A DNA stretch of 64,000 nt from Dehalococcoidia bacterium (GCA_034422735.1 DAOUJL010000051.1:23596-87595); one strand, 5' to 3'; counted from the first letter of the stretch, positions 44,944 to 53,334 are shown. Made by a program: numbers and translations. Notes: generated by a model from the sequence alone, not told the origin.

Positions 44944-46477
44944 GGTCTCCTCCAGACCGGAGTCGCGCGCCCACGAGCGCCATGGCGTCCTCCTTCGTCT
45001 CGATCTCTCCGCTTGCCGCGGCCTCGGCAACCAAGGCCAGCATCCTTCCCACCTCCGGCCCCGGCGCGAGGGCAAAGCCGTCCATGATGTCATGCCCGCT
45101 CAGCAGCTTGGGGAAAGGTTCCTTGGATTCGCTCCCAAGCCGCCAGGCGAGCAGCACGCTCGCGACCTCGCAGGCGTGCGCCCACTCCTCCCGCTCCAGC
45201 AGCGGCCCGCGCGCGGCAAGGTAGTCCGCCAGGTTCAGATAAATGGTGTCGATGGCGGCCTCACCAACATCCCTGAAGAAGCGGTACGTCGCCCGCCGCG
45301 TAGGGAGAGCGCCATCGTGTCCCAACTGCCCCGGCCGCAGGTGATGGCGCACCATCCCGCTTATAAGCCGGGAGCTGCGGCCGCTCAATCTCAGCCGCTC
45401 CGCTATCGCGGCGGTCATTCGCTCGCCCTCGGTGTGATGGCCAAGAAAGCGGATGCGCCCGGACTCCTCCACCGTGCGTGTGGCCGGCTTGGCAATATCG
45501 TGCAGCAGCGCGGCCAGCTTGAGGTGGGTCAGCCTGTCGAATCCGGTACCGACTGTCTCGGCAAAACGCTCCTCGATCCCGTCGAACATCGGCAGAGCGT
45601 CCACCACCCAGTCTCCCCCGCCCGGTCGGCCCGTTACCAGGCGCTCGGCCTGACTCACGGATTCCACCAGGTGGTCGAACACGTCGTAGTAGTGCTCCCT
45701 GGGCTGGCTGGACCCCTTTGCCTCGGACAGCTCAGGCAGCACCTCGCAAAGCAGGCCCAGGTCGTCGAGTTCGCGGACGTTGTGCGTCCCTCGAGGCTCG
45801 GCCAGTAGTTTCAAGAGCTCCTGCGTGATCCGCTCCGGGGCGACGCCGCGAACCAACCTACAATTCGCGCGAATGAGCGCGCGGGTCTCGGCGTCGACCT
45901 CGAAGCCAAGCTGCGCCGCGAGCCTGGGCGCCCGAATGAGCCGGACAGGGTCGTCCGCGAAGACGGTGGGCCGGACACAGCGTATCCGGCCGGATCGAAG
46001 GTCCGCCAATCCCTCGTAAGGGTCTACCAGAGAGCCAGAGTCCGCGCCGTCGTCCGGCGCGAGCGTCAGTGGGACCGCCATCGCGTTGATGGTGAAGTCG
46101 CGCTTCGACAGGTCCGCGCCTATCCCATCGGCGGCGCAGCTCAGGTCGACGAGGCACCCGCCATCCGCTGCCGGCAGCACCACGCGCACCAACTCGTCCG
46201 GGCTGTACGCCCAGGACACGACCGTGCCCTTCAATTCCGAGGCAAGCCTGATACCAATGCTGTGCGCGCCGCCGCCGACCGCGACGTCCACGTCGCCGGC
46301 CTCTCTGCCGAGCAGAGCGTCCCGTACCACGCCGCCCACCAGCCAGCTCCGCACACCCCACTCTTCCAGGCATGTGCTGACCGCCTCGACGATGGGCGCG
46401 ATTCGCCAGTCGCCCATTGCTTCACGCACGGGCGCGTGCTGGTGCACGGTCAGTAGTTCTGGGGGATTAACGCTCAT
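44936..46477 (-). CDS. cca: CCA tRNA nucleotidyltransferase / poly(A) polymerase family with HD domain
   Basis: 513 aa. WLVGGVVRDALLGREAGDVDVAV (class II NTase), RDFTINAM, and the HD region LAALLHDIAKP. Confidence 0.9.
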   Translation of the reverse strand: MSVNPPELLTVHQHAPVREAMGDWRIAPIVEAVSTCLEEWGVRSWLVGGVVRDALLGREAGDVDVAVGGGAHSIGIRLASELKGTVVSWAYSPDELVRVVLPAADGGCLVDLSCAADGIGADLSKRDFTINAMAVPLTLAPDDGADSGSLVDPYEGLADLRSGRIRCVRPTVFADDPVRLIRAPRLAAQLGFEVDAETRALIRANCRLVRGVAPERITQELLKLLAEPRGTHNVRELDDLGLLCEVLPELSEAKGSSQPREHYYDVFDHLVESVSQAERLVTGRPGGGDWVVDALPMFDGIEERFAETVGTGFDRLTHLKLAALLHDIAKPATRTVEESGRIRFLGHHTEGERMTAAIAERLRLSGRSSRLISGMVRHHLRPGQLGHDGALPTRRATYRFFRDVGEAAIDTIYLNLADYLAARGPLLEREEWAHACEVASVLLAWRLGSESKEPFPKLLSGHDIMDGFALAPGPEVGRMLALVAEAAASGEIETKEDAMALVGARLRSGGDLA

Positions 46478-46560
46478 GTAGATTGACTGGTGGGTTGCCG
46501 CGTCGATGTGAAGTGTCTCGCAAACGCAGCGAGTCTGGACGAATGCTGCAATTCGAAGAC

Positions 46561-47118
46561 CTAACCGATCTTCATTGTGGCGGGGGACTCCAGTTCCTCT
46601 GGGTCGGGAATCGCTTCTGATTCCTCAGCGTCGCCTCCCTCCCCATCGCCGCTTTCCAGCTTCACAAGGTCGTCGTGGCTCTTGAGATGATCGAGATAAA
46701 GTATGCCGTTGAGATGGTCGACTTCATGCTCCAGGGCCTGTCCAAGCAGTCCCTCGGCCTTCAGTTTGACGGTCTTGGAGGTGTGATCCAGCGCGCCAAA
46801 CGTGACCAGGAGGGACCTGGTAATGGTGCCTCTGTACCCTGGAATGCTGAGACAGCCCTCCTCGACCTCTCTTTCGCCCTCACGGCGGACGATCTCCGGG
46901 TTGATGTAGATTCTTGGCTCCTCTTCGGGCAGGCGTACCACGATTATTCGCTGCAGGTCGCCGACCTGGTTGGCCGCGAGGCCCACGCCGTCGGCTTCGA
47001 TCAGCGTGTCGATCATGTCGTGGGCCAGACGTAGCACCGAGGCATCCACGCGTCGCACCTTCCTGGCCCGCTTCCTCAATGTGGGATGCGGAAGCTTCAG
47101 TATCGGCAAGACCGCCAA
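46561..47118 (-). CDS. def: Peptide deformylase (with ~25-aa acidic C-terminal tail)
   Basis: 185 aa. GVGLAANQVG, EGCLSIPG and HEVDHLNG motifs are all present. Confidence 0.96.
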   Translation of the reverse strand: MAVLPILKLPHPTLRKRARKVRRVDASVLRLAHDMIDTLIEADGVGLAANQVGDLQRIIVVRLPEEEPRIYINPEIVRREGEREVEEGCLSIPGYRGTITRSLLVTFGALDHTSKTVKLKAEGLLGQALEHEVDHLNGILYLDHLKSHDDLVKLESGDGEGGDAEESEAIPDPEELESPATMKIG

Positions 47119-47225
47119 TCGATTCTCCTCGGTGTACGGCCCACACGCCGGGCCGTTTCAAATGCGTCACTTGATTATATCTTTCACTACGCGGCCCTGT
47201 AAAGGACAGCGCGCCAGTGCGCAGG

Positions 47226-47269
47226 GTCTTTTCATTCTCCTCTCTCCGGCCAAAAGAGAGGGTCAGGAC
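47226..47269. repeat. Hairpin repeat (island B module i)
   Basis: GTCTTTTCATTCTCCTCTCTCCGGCCAAAAGAGAGGGTCAGGAC, alignable with 21304-21352. Confidence 0.8.
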
Positions 47270-47280
47270 GGGGGCGTTAG

Positions 47281-47390
47281 GTTCCTCGGCTGCGCTCGGA
47301 ATGACAGAGGCTGTGCTCGTGTATTCACCCTCACCCCCGTATCAAGTACGGGGCAGGCACTAGCCCTCTCCCATCGAGCGAGAGGGGACA
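47281..47390. repeat. Nested block of three short repeat units (absent from island A at this position)
   Basis: GTTCCTCGGCTGCGCTCGGAATGACAG; CACCCTCACCCCCGTATCAAGTACGGGGCAGGC (7-bp stem CCCCGTA/TACGGGG); CCCTCTCCCATCGAGCGAGAGGGG. Confidence 0.8.
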
Positions 47391-47417
47391 AGCGGAAGGG
47401 GCTATGGCCGAGGCCCT

Positions 47418-47472
47418 CCGAAAAATCTGCTCAGTTCTGCTGCATTGTGCCCATTCCGTAGCTGGGCGGGCC
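47418..47472. repeat. 55-nt repeat block (island B module ii)
   Basis: CCGAAAAATCTGCTCAGTTCTGCTGCATTGTGCCCATTCCGTAGCTGGGCGGGCC. 49 of 55 positions are identical to 21369-21423. Confidence 0.85.
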
Positions 47473-47560
47473 GGTGTTCATGTCACCTTTTGTGAGCCAA
47501 GTTGTTGAGGTTCGTCACGCATATTGCGCGAAATGTGGCAGAAGGAGGCGATGTCGTTTT

Positions 47561-47688
47561 CACCCTCACCCTGACCCTCTCCCATCAAGGGAGAGGGGAC
47601 TGAGCGGTAGCGCCCTCGTTGTCACCCTCACCCCCGTATCCAGTACGGGGCAGGCTCGTCCCCTCTCCTTTGCTAGGAGAGGGGACGA
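47561..47688. repeat. Further hairpin repeat units
   Basis: CACCCTCACCCTGACCCTCTCCCATCAAGGGAGAGGGGAC (47561-47600); CACCCTCACCCCCGTATCCAGTACGGGGCAGGC plus CCCCTCTCCTTTGCTAGGAGAGGGG (47621-47688). Confidence 0.85.
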
Positions 47689-47729
47689 GAGGTGGCGCGC
47701 TCTGAAGGGTTGCCGCAGCGCCTATGCTG

Positions 47730-47761
47730 TAGAAAATAGCACGTGTGTGCTGTACAATCAA
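47730..47761. promoter_or_regulatory. Palindromic promoter-like core (island B module iii)
   Basis: Plus strand reads TAGAAA-17-TACAAT. Minus strand reads TTGATT-17-TATTTT. The spacer holds TAGCACGTGTGTGCTG (imperfect palindrome). Paralogue of 21557-21588. Confidence 0.45.
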
Positions 47762-47789
47762 TGGGGCTGGCGAAGTTGCGCTGTTGAGG

Positions 47790-47940
47790 CGGATTTGTGG
47801 GGAGAAATGGCGCAGGTGTGGGGACGGGGCGGGGTGTGAGTGGGGTGTGCGTGGGGCAGGGATGGGGAACGGGTGGCGCGGGAAAGTGACGGTTTTTTCG
47901 GGGTACGCGGGCGCGAATGGGTCGGAGTTGGGGGACAGGT
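47790..47940 (+). other. G-rich, C-poor tract with dense G-quadruplex-type motifs (island B module iv)
   Basis: Eight G3-4 runs lie within 47820-47873 (GGGGacGGGGcGGGGtgtgagtGGGGtgtgcgtGGGGcaGGGatGGGGaacGGG). By hand count there is roughly five-fold more G than C over ~150 nt. Confidence 0.65.
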
Positions 47941-47959
47941 GGCGGCCCCGGTCCGCCAC
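47939..47959 (+). other. Stem-loop closing the G-rich tract
   Basis: GTGGCGG-CCCCGGT-CCGCCAC, 7-bp stem, no U tract. Confidence 0.35.
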
Positions 47960-47984
47960 GCTTCCGCCTCAGCGCGGCCCTGTG

Positions 47985-47993
47985 TGCTAGAAT
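47985..47993 (+). promoter_or_regulatory. Extended -10 element (TGcTAGAAT) for the epimerase-family gene
   Basis: TGCTAGAAT lies 27 nt upstream of GTG 48020. No good -35, which is acceptable for extended -10 promoters. Confidence 0.4.
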
Positions 47994-48019
47994 TCACCCA
48001 GCTTGTGGGAGTTTCCATA

Positions 48020-48916
48020 GTGAGAGTGCTGATTACCGGCTCGTCCGGATTCATAGGTTCCGCGCTGTCGGCTCGGCTGGAGTCGGAGGGACACGGCGTC
48101 GTCCGGCTCGTGCGCCGGGAGCCGCGGCGCGGAAGAGGCGAGGCGCGATGGGACCCCGAAACGGGGTACATCGACGAGGGCGCACTGGAAGGCGTAGACG
48201 GCGTGGTCCACCTGGCCGGCGAGAACATAGCCAACCGGCGCTGGAACGACGAGCAGAAGGCGCGCATTCGCGACAGCCGCACCCGCGGCACGTCGCTGCT
48301 GGCGAATGCCCTGGCGCAGACGAGCCCACCCCCACGCTGCTTCATCGGCGCGTCCGCCGTGGGCTACTACGGCGACCGGGGCGCGGACCTGCTCGGCGAG
48401 GAAGAACCGCCCGGCGCCGACTTCATCGCCCAGTCGACCGCCGAGTGGGAGAAGGCGGCCAGACCGGCTTCGGACGCCGGCATTCGCGTCGCGGTCATGC
48501 GGCTGGGCATGGTATTCGACCCGTCGGGCGGCCCCCTGAAGCGGATGCTGACCCCGTTCCGCCTGGGCCTGGGAGGAAGGCTCGGCAGCGGGCGGCAGTA
48601 CATGAGCTGGCTGTCGCTGGAGGACGCCGTGGGCGCCTTAGTGCACGCTCTAACGACAGACGACCTGTCGGGGCCGGTCAACGTCAGCGCGCCGGAGCCT
48701 GTCACCAATGGCGAGTTCACGCGCGCGCTGGGCAGGGCGCTGGGGCGCCCGGCGCTGCTGTTCGTGCCCAGATTCGCGCTGCGGGTCGCGATGGGAGAGA
48801 TGGCGGACGCGGTGCTCTACAGCACCAGGATGTCGTCTGCCAAGCTGGTGGACTCCGGGTTCGAGTTCAGGAACACTGACATCGAGGCCACGCTGCGCGA
48901 GATGCTGCGGGCCTGA
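48020..48916 (+). CDS. TIGR01777/YfcH-type NAD-dependent epimerase-family (SDR39U1-like) protein
   Basis: ORF 47840.. trimmed to GTG 48020. RVLITGSSGFIGSALSARL (Rossmann), ...VVHLAGENIANRRW... and a DUF1731-like C-terminus. Confidence 0.88.
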   Translation: MRVLITGSSGFIGSALSARLESEGHGVVRLVRREPRRGRGEARWDPETGYIDEGALEGVDGVVHLAGENIANRRWNDEQKARIRDSRTRGTSLLANALAQTSPPPRCFIGASAVGYYGDRGADLLGEEEPPGADFIAQSTAEWEKAARPASDAGIRVAVMRLGMVFDPSGGPLKRMLTPFRLGLGGRLGSGRQYMSWLSLEDAVGALVHALTTDDLSGPVNVSAPEPVTNGEFTRALGRALGRPALLFVPRFALRVAMGEMADAVLYSTRMSSAKLVDSGFEFRNTDIEATLREMLRA

Positions 48917-48934
48917 CGGCAGTTCCGCGAACGG

Positions 48935-50107
48935 TCAGGCGAACCTGATGCCGTGGAGCGGGAACACCAGGCTGTGAACGGCCTGCACGCTCGCCTCCGC
49001 GAACACCCGGGAATCGTTCGTGACCGAGTCCTGAATCGTGGGCGGCTCGTCCCTGAGGCTCTCGACACCGTAACGGTTTCTGTACGACTCCGGCACCTCG
49101 TCCGGCAGCTCATGGCCCGCCATCGCCGCGAACGCCATCGTCCAGGCGCGGCTAACCGCCTGCAGGTCGTATCCGCCGCCGCCCAGGGCCAGCCACAGGG
49201 GAGGCACGGCCTTGCGGAACTCTCCAACCACCTCGGCGAAGCCCTGGGTCGTGAGCGCCAGGTGCGTTATCGGGTCGAGCAGGTGGGTGTCGATGCCGAG
49301 CTGCGTCACCAGCACGTCCGGCCTGAACGCCGCGAGCAGCCGGGGCACGACCTCCCGGAACGCCCACAGGTACACCTCGTCCGAGGTGTACGGATAGAGA
49401 GGCACGTTCACCGAGTACCCTCGTCCCCTGCCGGCGCCTATCTCCTGGGTGAAGCCGGTGCCCGGAAAGAGGAACGCGCCGGACTCGTGCAGCGAGATGG
49501 TGAGCACCCGGTCCGTGTCGTAGAAGGCGTGTTGCACCCCGTCTCCGTGGTGGCAGTCGATGTCGACGTAGGCGACGCGAGCGCCCCTGGCGAGCAGCGA
49601 CTTTATCGCGATAACCGGGTCGTTGAACACGCAGAACCCGAACGCGTATCCGGGCATGGCGTGGTGTAGCCCGCCGGAAATGTTGAACGCGCGGAAGTGT
49701 TCCCCGTCCAGAAGCGTCTCCACCGCCTTCAACGACGCCCCGGTCGACAGCAACGCGGCTTCGTACATGCCTTCGTAGTGGGGATTGTCGCCCGGTCCAA
49801 AGTTGAACACCGCCGGGTTTACCGCCGCGTCCCCGCCGCTGAGGCCCCGGACGGCGTTCAGGTACTCGGGCGAGTGGTACGAAAGCACGTCGTCGTCGTG
49901 AGCGGCATCCGGCGTGACCAGATCCACGTCCGGCGCGGAGAAAACGCCGTAGGAGTCGAGCAGCTCGTACGTGTACCGCAGCCGCACCGGCTTCATCGGG
50001 TGTGTGTCGCTCAGCGCGTGCCGCGCCAGCCGGTCGTCGTAGACGAAAGCCGCGCGGCTCACCTCGACACGCTCCCCTGACCGTGCTGCACCTCGATGTT
50101 GGGACAT
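48935..50107 (-). CDS. Histone deacetylase-family enzyme (AcuC/acetoin-utilisation or acetylpolyamine amidohydrolase-like)
   Basis: ORF 48935..50179(-). The ATG at 50107 lies 4 nt after the upstream stop. ...GGLHHAMPGYAFGFCVFND..., ...VDIDCHHGDG... and a catalytic Tyr region. Confidence 0.88.
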   Translation of the reverse strand: MSQHRGAARSGERVEVSRAAFVYDDRLARHALSDTHPMKPVRLRYTYELLDSYGVFSAPDVDLVTPDAAHDDDVLSYHSPEYLNAVRGLSGGDAAVNPAVFNFGPGDNPHYEGMYEAALLSTGASLKAVETLLDGEHFRAFNISGGLHHAMPGYAFGFCVFNDPVIAIKSLLARGARVAYVDIDCHHGDGVQHAFYDTDRVLTISLHESGAFLFPGTGFTQEIGAGRGRGYSVNVPLYPYTSDEVYLWAFREVVPRLLAAFRPDVLVTQLGIDTHLLDPITHLALTTQGFAEVVGEFRKAVPPLWLALGGGGYDLQAVSRAWTMAFAAMAGHELPDEVPESYRNRYGVESLRDEPPTIQDSVTNDSRVFAEASVQAVHSLVFPLHGIRFA

Positions 50108-50111
50108 TCGG

Positions 50112-50882
50112 TCATAGCATGTAGCTCGCGTCTTCGGTCGAAATCTCGATGTGAATGCCCAACCGCTCACCGACGCCAATCATCTCGCTGCGGACCATCG
50201 GCTCCCACGGCGGGCTGATGTGGGAGATGATTACTCGCGGCAGCCGGGCCCACCGGTCTCGGAACGCCACGAGCGCGTTTTCGAGTGTTGCGGGCGTCAG
50301 GTGGCCGGCCCTAGCCGCGGAACTCGCACCGTCATTGCCGAAGGTGCACTCCGACAACAACACGTCGGGGCACACGTGCTCCCATGCCTCTTCCACGCCC
50401 TCTCCCGCGTCGCCGGTGTAGAACAGGCTCACCTCGCCGGACGAGATCAGGTAGCCCGCCGCGGGCACGGCGTGGGGCACCGGAACCGCCTTCACGGTGT
50501 AGTCCAGCACGCTGAACTCCTCGTAGAACTCCACCGGGTTGAGGACGTAGGACGGATCGTGCCCTGTCGCCGGGTTCACGAAATTGGGGTACAGGCTTCC
50601 GTCCAACAGCTTTCGTCCCACAAAGTCCAGCGCGTCCGGAATCGCGTAAACGCCTACCGACTCCTCCACGTCGCGCAGGGCCATCCCCAGCGGCAGCAGG
50701 TCCCTTACGTGATCGAAGTGGCGGTGGGAGAGAATCACCGCCCTGATTCGGCGTTGCTCGTCGAAGGTCAGCGACCGGGTCATGCCGCCCGCGTCCAGGG
50801 CGAGCCGGCCGTCGATCAGGTGGGACTCCATTCGGGTGTCCCTGCTCTCCAGGTTGTGTGCGCCCAGCACGCGCAGGTGCAT
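50112..50882 (-). CDS. MBL-fold metallo-hydrolase
   Basis: ORF 50112..51416(-) trimmed to ATG 50882 (GAGGTGG upstream). MHLRVLGAHN...ILSHRHFDHVRDL (HxHxDH). Confidence 0.88.
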   Translation of the reverse strand: MHLRVLGAHNLESRDTRMESHLIDGRLALDAGGMTRSLTFDEQRRIRAVILSHRHFDHVRDLLPLGMALRDVEESVGVYAIPDALDFVGRKLLDGSLYPNFVNPATGHDPSYVLNPVEFYEEFSVLDYTVKAVPVPHAVPAAGYLISSGEVSLFYTGDAGEGVEEAWEHVCPDVLLSECTFGNDGASSAARAGHLTPATLENALVAFRDRWARLPRVIISHISPPWEPMVRSEMIGVGERLGIHIEISTEDASYML

Positions 50883-50950
50883 GTTCCACCTCGTTCCCGT
50901 AGTGAGTTGGCTTGCCGAACCTCTCCCGTCTCGGCCGCCCGTGGTGGGTA

Positions 50951-52180
50951 CTACTCGGACTCGGCCTCCTCTGGGTCCGGGGAGCCTCGCAGCCACCGGA
51001 AGAGGACGGCGGTGAGCGTCGCCACGACCGCTCCGCCGATTATGAAGGACGTGCCGACGGTTCCGGGGTCTGCCGGCAATCTCTCGATTGCGCCCCCGCG
51101 TAGGCTGCGCTTCCAGCGGGACTCCAGCTCGTTCAGGCTGATGTCGTAGGCCACCGGGACGGCCTCCTCGACGTCCATGCCGGAGTCGATCGCGCCGAGC
51201 AGGGCCGTCATCCGGTCCGGCCCGTAGGTCTCCATCATGTAGTCGACGACGCTCCAGGACTGGGAGTAGAAGTTGCGGACGTCGCCGGGCACGCCGGGCA
51301 CCGCTCCCATCGAGCGCAGCGGCATCAGCCGGCCGCGGTGGTAGGCGTCCAGAACGGCGCGCTCGCGCCAACTGCTCGATCCCTCGAAGTACATCGCCAG
51401 GCCCTCGTTCAGCCACGCCGGCAGCCTGCCGCGCGGAGAGGTCATAGCCTCATCGATGAGCAGGTGCGTCATCTCGTGGATCATCCCTTCGCGCCCCAGA
51501 CCTACGAGCACGAACACGTCCAGCGCCCCGTAGGCGAAGCCGCCGTAAAGATGCCCGGACGTCGCGGCGTCGCTCACCTTGGGAAGGCTGGTGCTGGCCT
51601 CCCGACGGCCGTTAAGGATGACCGCCTTCATCGTCTTAGTTTCTTCGAGCCCGAGCAGCGCGCGCACCTCGTCCAGGCGCTCGTTGACGTCGTTGGCGAC
51701 GGCGCGCACCTCGTTCGCCGGGCGGTCGTGCCACAGCACCTCGAACCCGGGCAGGCTGTAGCGCTGCCAGTCGTACCGCGGATTCAGGTACTCCAGGCTG
51801 TAACGTTCGCTGTCGAACTCGTTCCCGTTCGCGTCGCCGATATGGTAGAAGTAGCTGACGTCGACCCCGCTCGGCAGGAAGCTGGCCCCGCCGGTCTTGA
51901 TTCGAAAGTCGGTGTCGATGCGGTTGGACGGCGTGAACTCGGGGTAGCCGTAGATCCTGGTTTCCTGGCTGCCGAGCCGGTACACGAGCCTCACGTGTGT
52001 AATGGGCGCGTCGGATTCGGCGACGAGCCTGAGCCTTATCTCCTCCGGGAAGGCAATCGAGTGCGTGCTTTGGATTACCCGGATGGGCGTGGAGCCCTCG
52101 GTCGGAGACGGCGAGGGCTGATCGGCCCCGGGTGATGCCAGGGCGATAAGCGCGGCGAGTATGGTTGCGAGTATTGGCAT
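50951..52180 (-). CDS. Peptidase MA (gluzincin)-like metalloprotease, signal peptide + C-terminal TM anchor
   Basis: 409 aa. N-terminal signal MPILATILAALIALASPG, HEMTH (HExxH) followed by NEGLAMYFE, and a C-terminal hydrophobic helix FIIGGAVVATLTAVLF. Confidence 0.75.
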   Translation of the reverse strand: MPILATILAALIALASPGADQPSPSPTEGSTPIRVIQSTHSIAFPEEIRLRLVAESDAPITHVRLVYRLGSQETRIYGYPEFTPSNRIDTDFRIKTGGASFLPSGVDVSYFYHIGDANGNEFDSERYSLEYLNPRYDWQRYSLPGFEVLWHDRPANEVRAVANDVNERLDEVRALLGLEETKTMKAVILNGRREASTSLPKVSDAATSGHLYGGFAYGALDVFVLVGLGREGMIHEMTHLLIDEAMTSPRGRLPAWLNEGLAMYFEGSSSWRERAVLDAYHRGRLMPLRSMGAVPGVPGDVRNFYSQSWSVVDYMMETYGPDRMTALLGAIDSGMDVEEAVPVAYDISLNELESRWKRSLRGGAIERLPADPGTVGTSFIIGGAVVATLTAVLFRWLRGSPDPEEAESE

Positions 52181-52195
52181 CGCGGCCTGTTTTGC

Positions 52196-52840
52196 CTAGA
52201 TTCCCGTGATCCTGATGGATGAGTGCGCCCGGTAGATGCGGTTTATGTTGAGCAGCAGGGCGGTGAGGTCCTCGACGTAGCGCGCGTTGGCCAGCCCGCC
52301 CCCGTTCACCGCGCGCACTCCGTCGATGCGCTCCGCCAGGTCCATCACCAGCCGGAGGGCGTCGGCGTCGTCCGCGCAGACGATGACGTCAGAGTCGATG
52401 GACTTGTCCGGCACGAGCAGGTCCTCCGCGCTCACGTTCTGAAACGCGGCGGCTACGGTGGAATCGGGCAGTATGGCCTGGGCTTGGAGCGCCGCCGAAC
52501 CCTCTTCGACGCGCACGGCGCTTGCGCGGCCACGCTCGAACTCCAGCGGCGCGACGAGGCTGACGACGGTCTTGCCGGCCAGCTCGCCGGTCAGGCCGGA
52601 CAGGGTGGCGCGCTGCGCGGCGTAGGGCACCGATACGAGCACCACGTCGGACCTGGCGGCGGCTTCGGAATTGGTTGCGCCGCTTACAGACTCGGCCGGG
52701 GCGTGTTCAAGCACGCTTTCTGCCGCGCTGCCGGCGCGAGCCTCGTCCCGCGAACCGATGACCACCCTCTCGCCAGCAAGGGCGAATCTGAGCGCGAGCC
52801 CCCTGCCCTCCGGCCCGGTGCCGCCTATGATTCCCAGCAT
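52196..52840 (-). CDS. npdG: NADPH-dependent F420 reductase
   Basis: 214 aa. MLGIIGGTGPEGRGLALRFALAGERVVIGSRDEARA closely follows the NpdG/FNO N-terminal pattern. Confidence 0.85.
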   Translation of the reverse strand: MLGIIGGTGPEGRGLALRFALAGERVVIGSRDEARAGSAAESVLEHAPAESVSGATNSEAAARSDVVLVSVPYAAQRATLSGLTGELAGKTVVSLVAPLEFERGRASAVRVEEGSAALQAQAILPDSTVAAAFQNVSAEDLLVPDKSIDSDVIVCADDADALRLVMDLAERIDGVRAVNGGGLANARYVEDLTALLLNINRIYRAHSSIRITGI

Positions 52841-52884
52841 ATATGTGACCTCAACTAGTACTGCCTCTCCGGTTGCGCCCCTGG

Positions 52885-53160
52885 TTACTCGGAAAGGGGC
52901 ATCACCTCGGCGTCAACCGAAAGCCCCTGTCCTTCCTCGTACATTTCCCACGGCCTGAACGACTCGACGAAACCCTTGGCCTCGTCCATGGACGCCATGC
53001 CCTTCTGGGCGCGGCCGGGATCGTAGCCGAAGGTCTTGGCGAAGGCGTCGAATCCCCGCTTGGTCTCCCGGACGCCTCCGATCTCCTCTTCGAGGTCGCC
53101 GTCGTCCGAGCCGAGAACCAGACGCTGCCCTCTCTTTGTATAACGCCAGTACACCTTCAT
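52885..53160 (-). CDS. Small acidic hypothetical protein (91 aa)
   Basis: ORF with GAGGAG ~10 nt upstream of the ATG. It fills the gap upstream of npdG on the same strand. Composition is not shadow-ORF-like. No family recognised. Confidence 0.55.
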   Translation of the reverse strand: MKVYWRYTKRGQRLVLGSDDGDLEEEIGGVRETKRGFDAFAKTFGYDPGRAQKGMASMDEAKGFVESFRPWEMYEEGQGLSVDAEVMPLSE

Positions 53161-53219
53161 AAGGTATGTTCTCCTCGACGCTTTTGGTGCTGTCCCGCGT
53201 GCTTTCCTATGGGTACTAC

Positions 53220-53247
53220 TCTATAGGCAAGCGTCCAGCTATTGCAA
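53220..53247 (-). promoter_or_regulatory. Candidate promoter for the small ORF/npdG unit
   Basis: On the minus strand: TTGCAA (53242-53247), 16-nt spacer, TATAGA (53220-53225). Confidence 0.3.
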
Positions 53248-53272
53248 CTTGGAGACACACGCCTCTCATACG

Positions 53273-53301
53273 TTGCGCGCTTAGGCGGGTTTGCCTACAA
53301 T
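53273..53301 (+). promoter_or_regulatory. Candidate promoter for the EF-G-like gene
   Basis: TTGCGC (53273-53278), 17-nt spacer, TACAAT (53296-53301). AAGGAG at 53321-53326. Confidence 0.45.
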
Positions 53302-53334
53302 AGGGCCACTACCACACTACAAGGAGACCACGCC

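Noticed and set aside
47226-47688. The dense cluster of short repeats might be a CRISPR array.
   Set aside because: The units belong to different families, are individually palindromic, are irregularly spaced and are partly inverted. There are no uniform direct repeats with unique spacers and no cas genes in the window.
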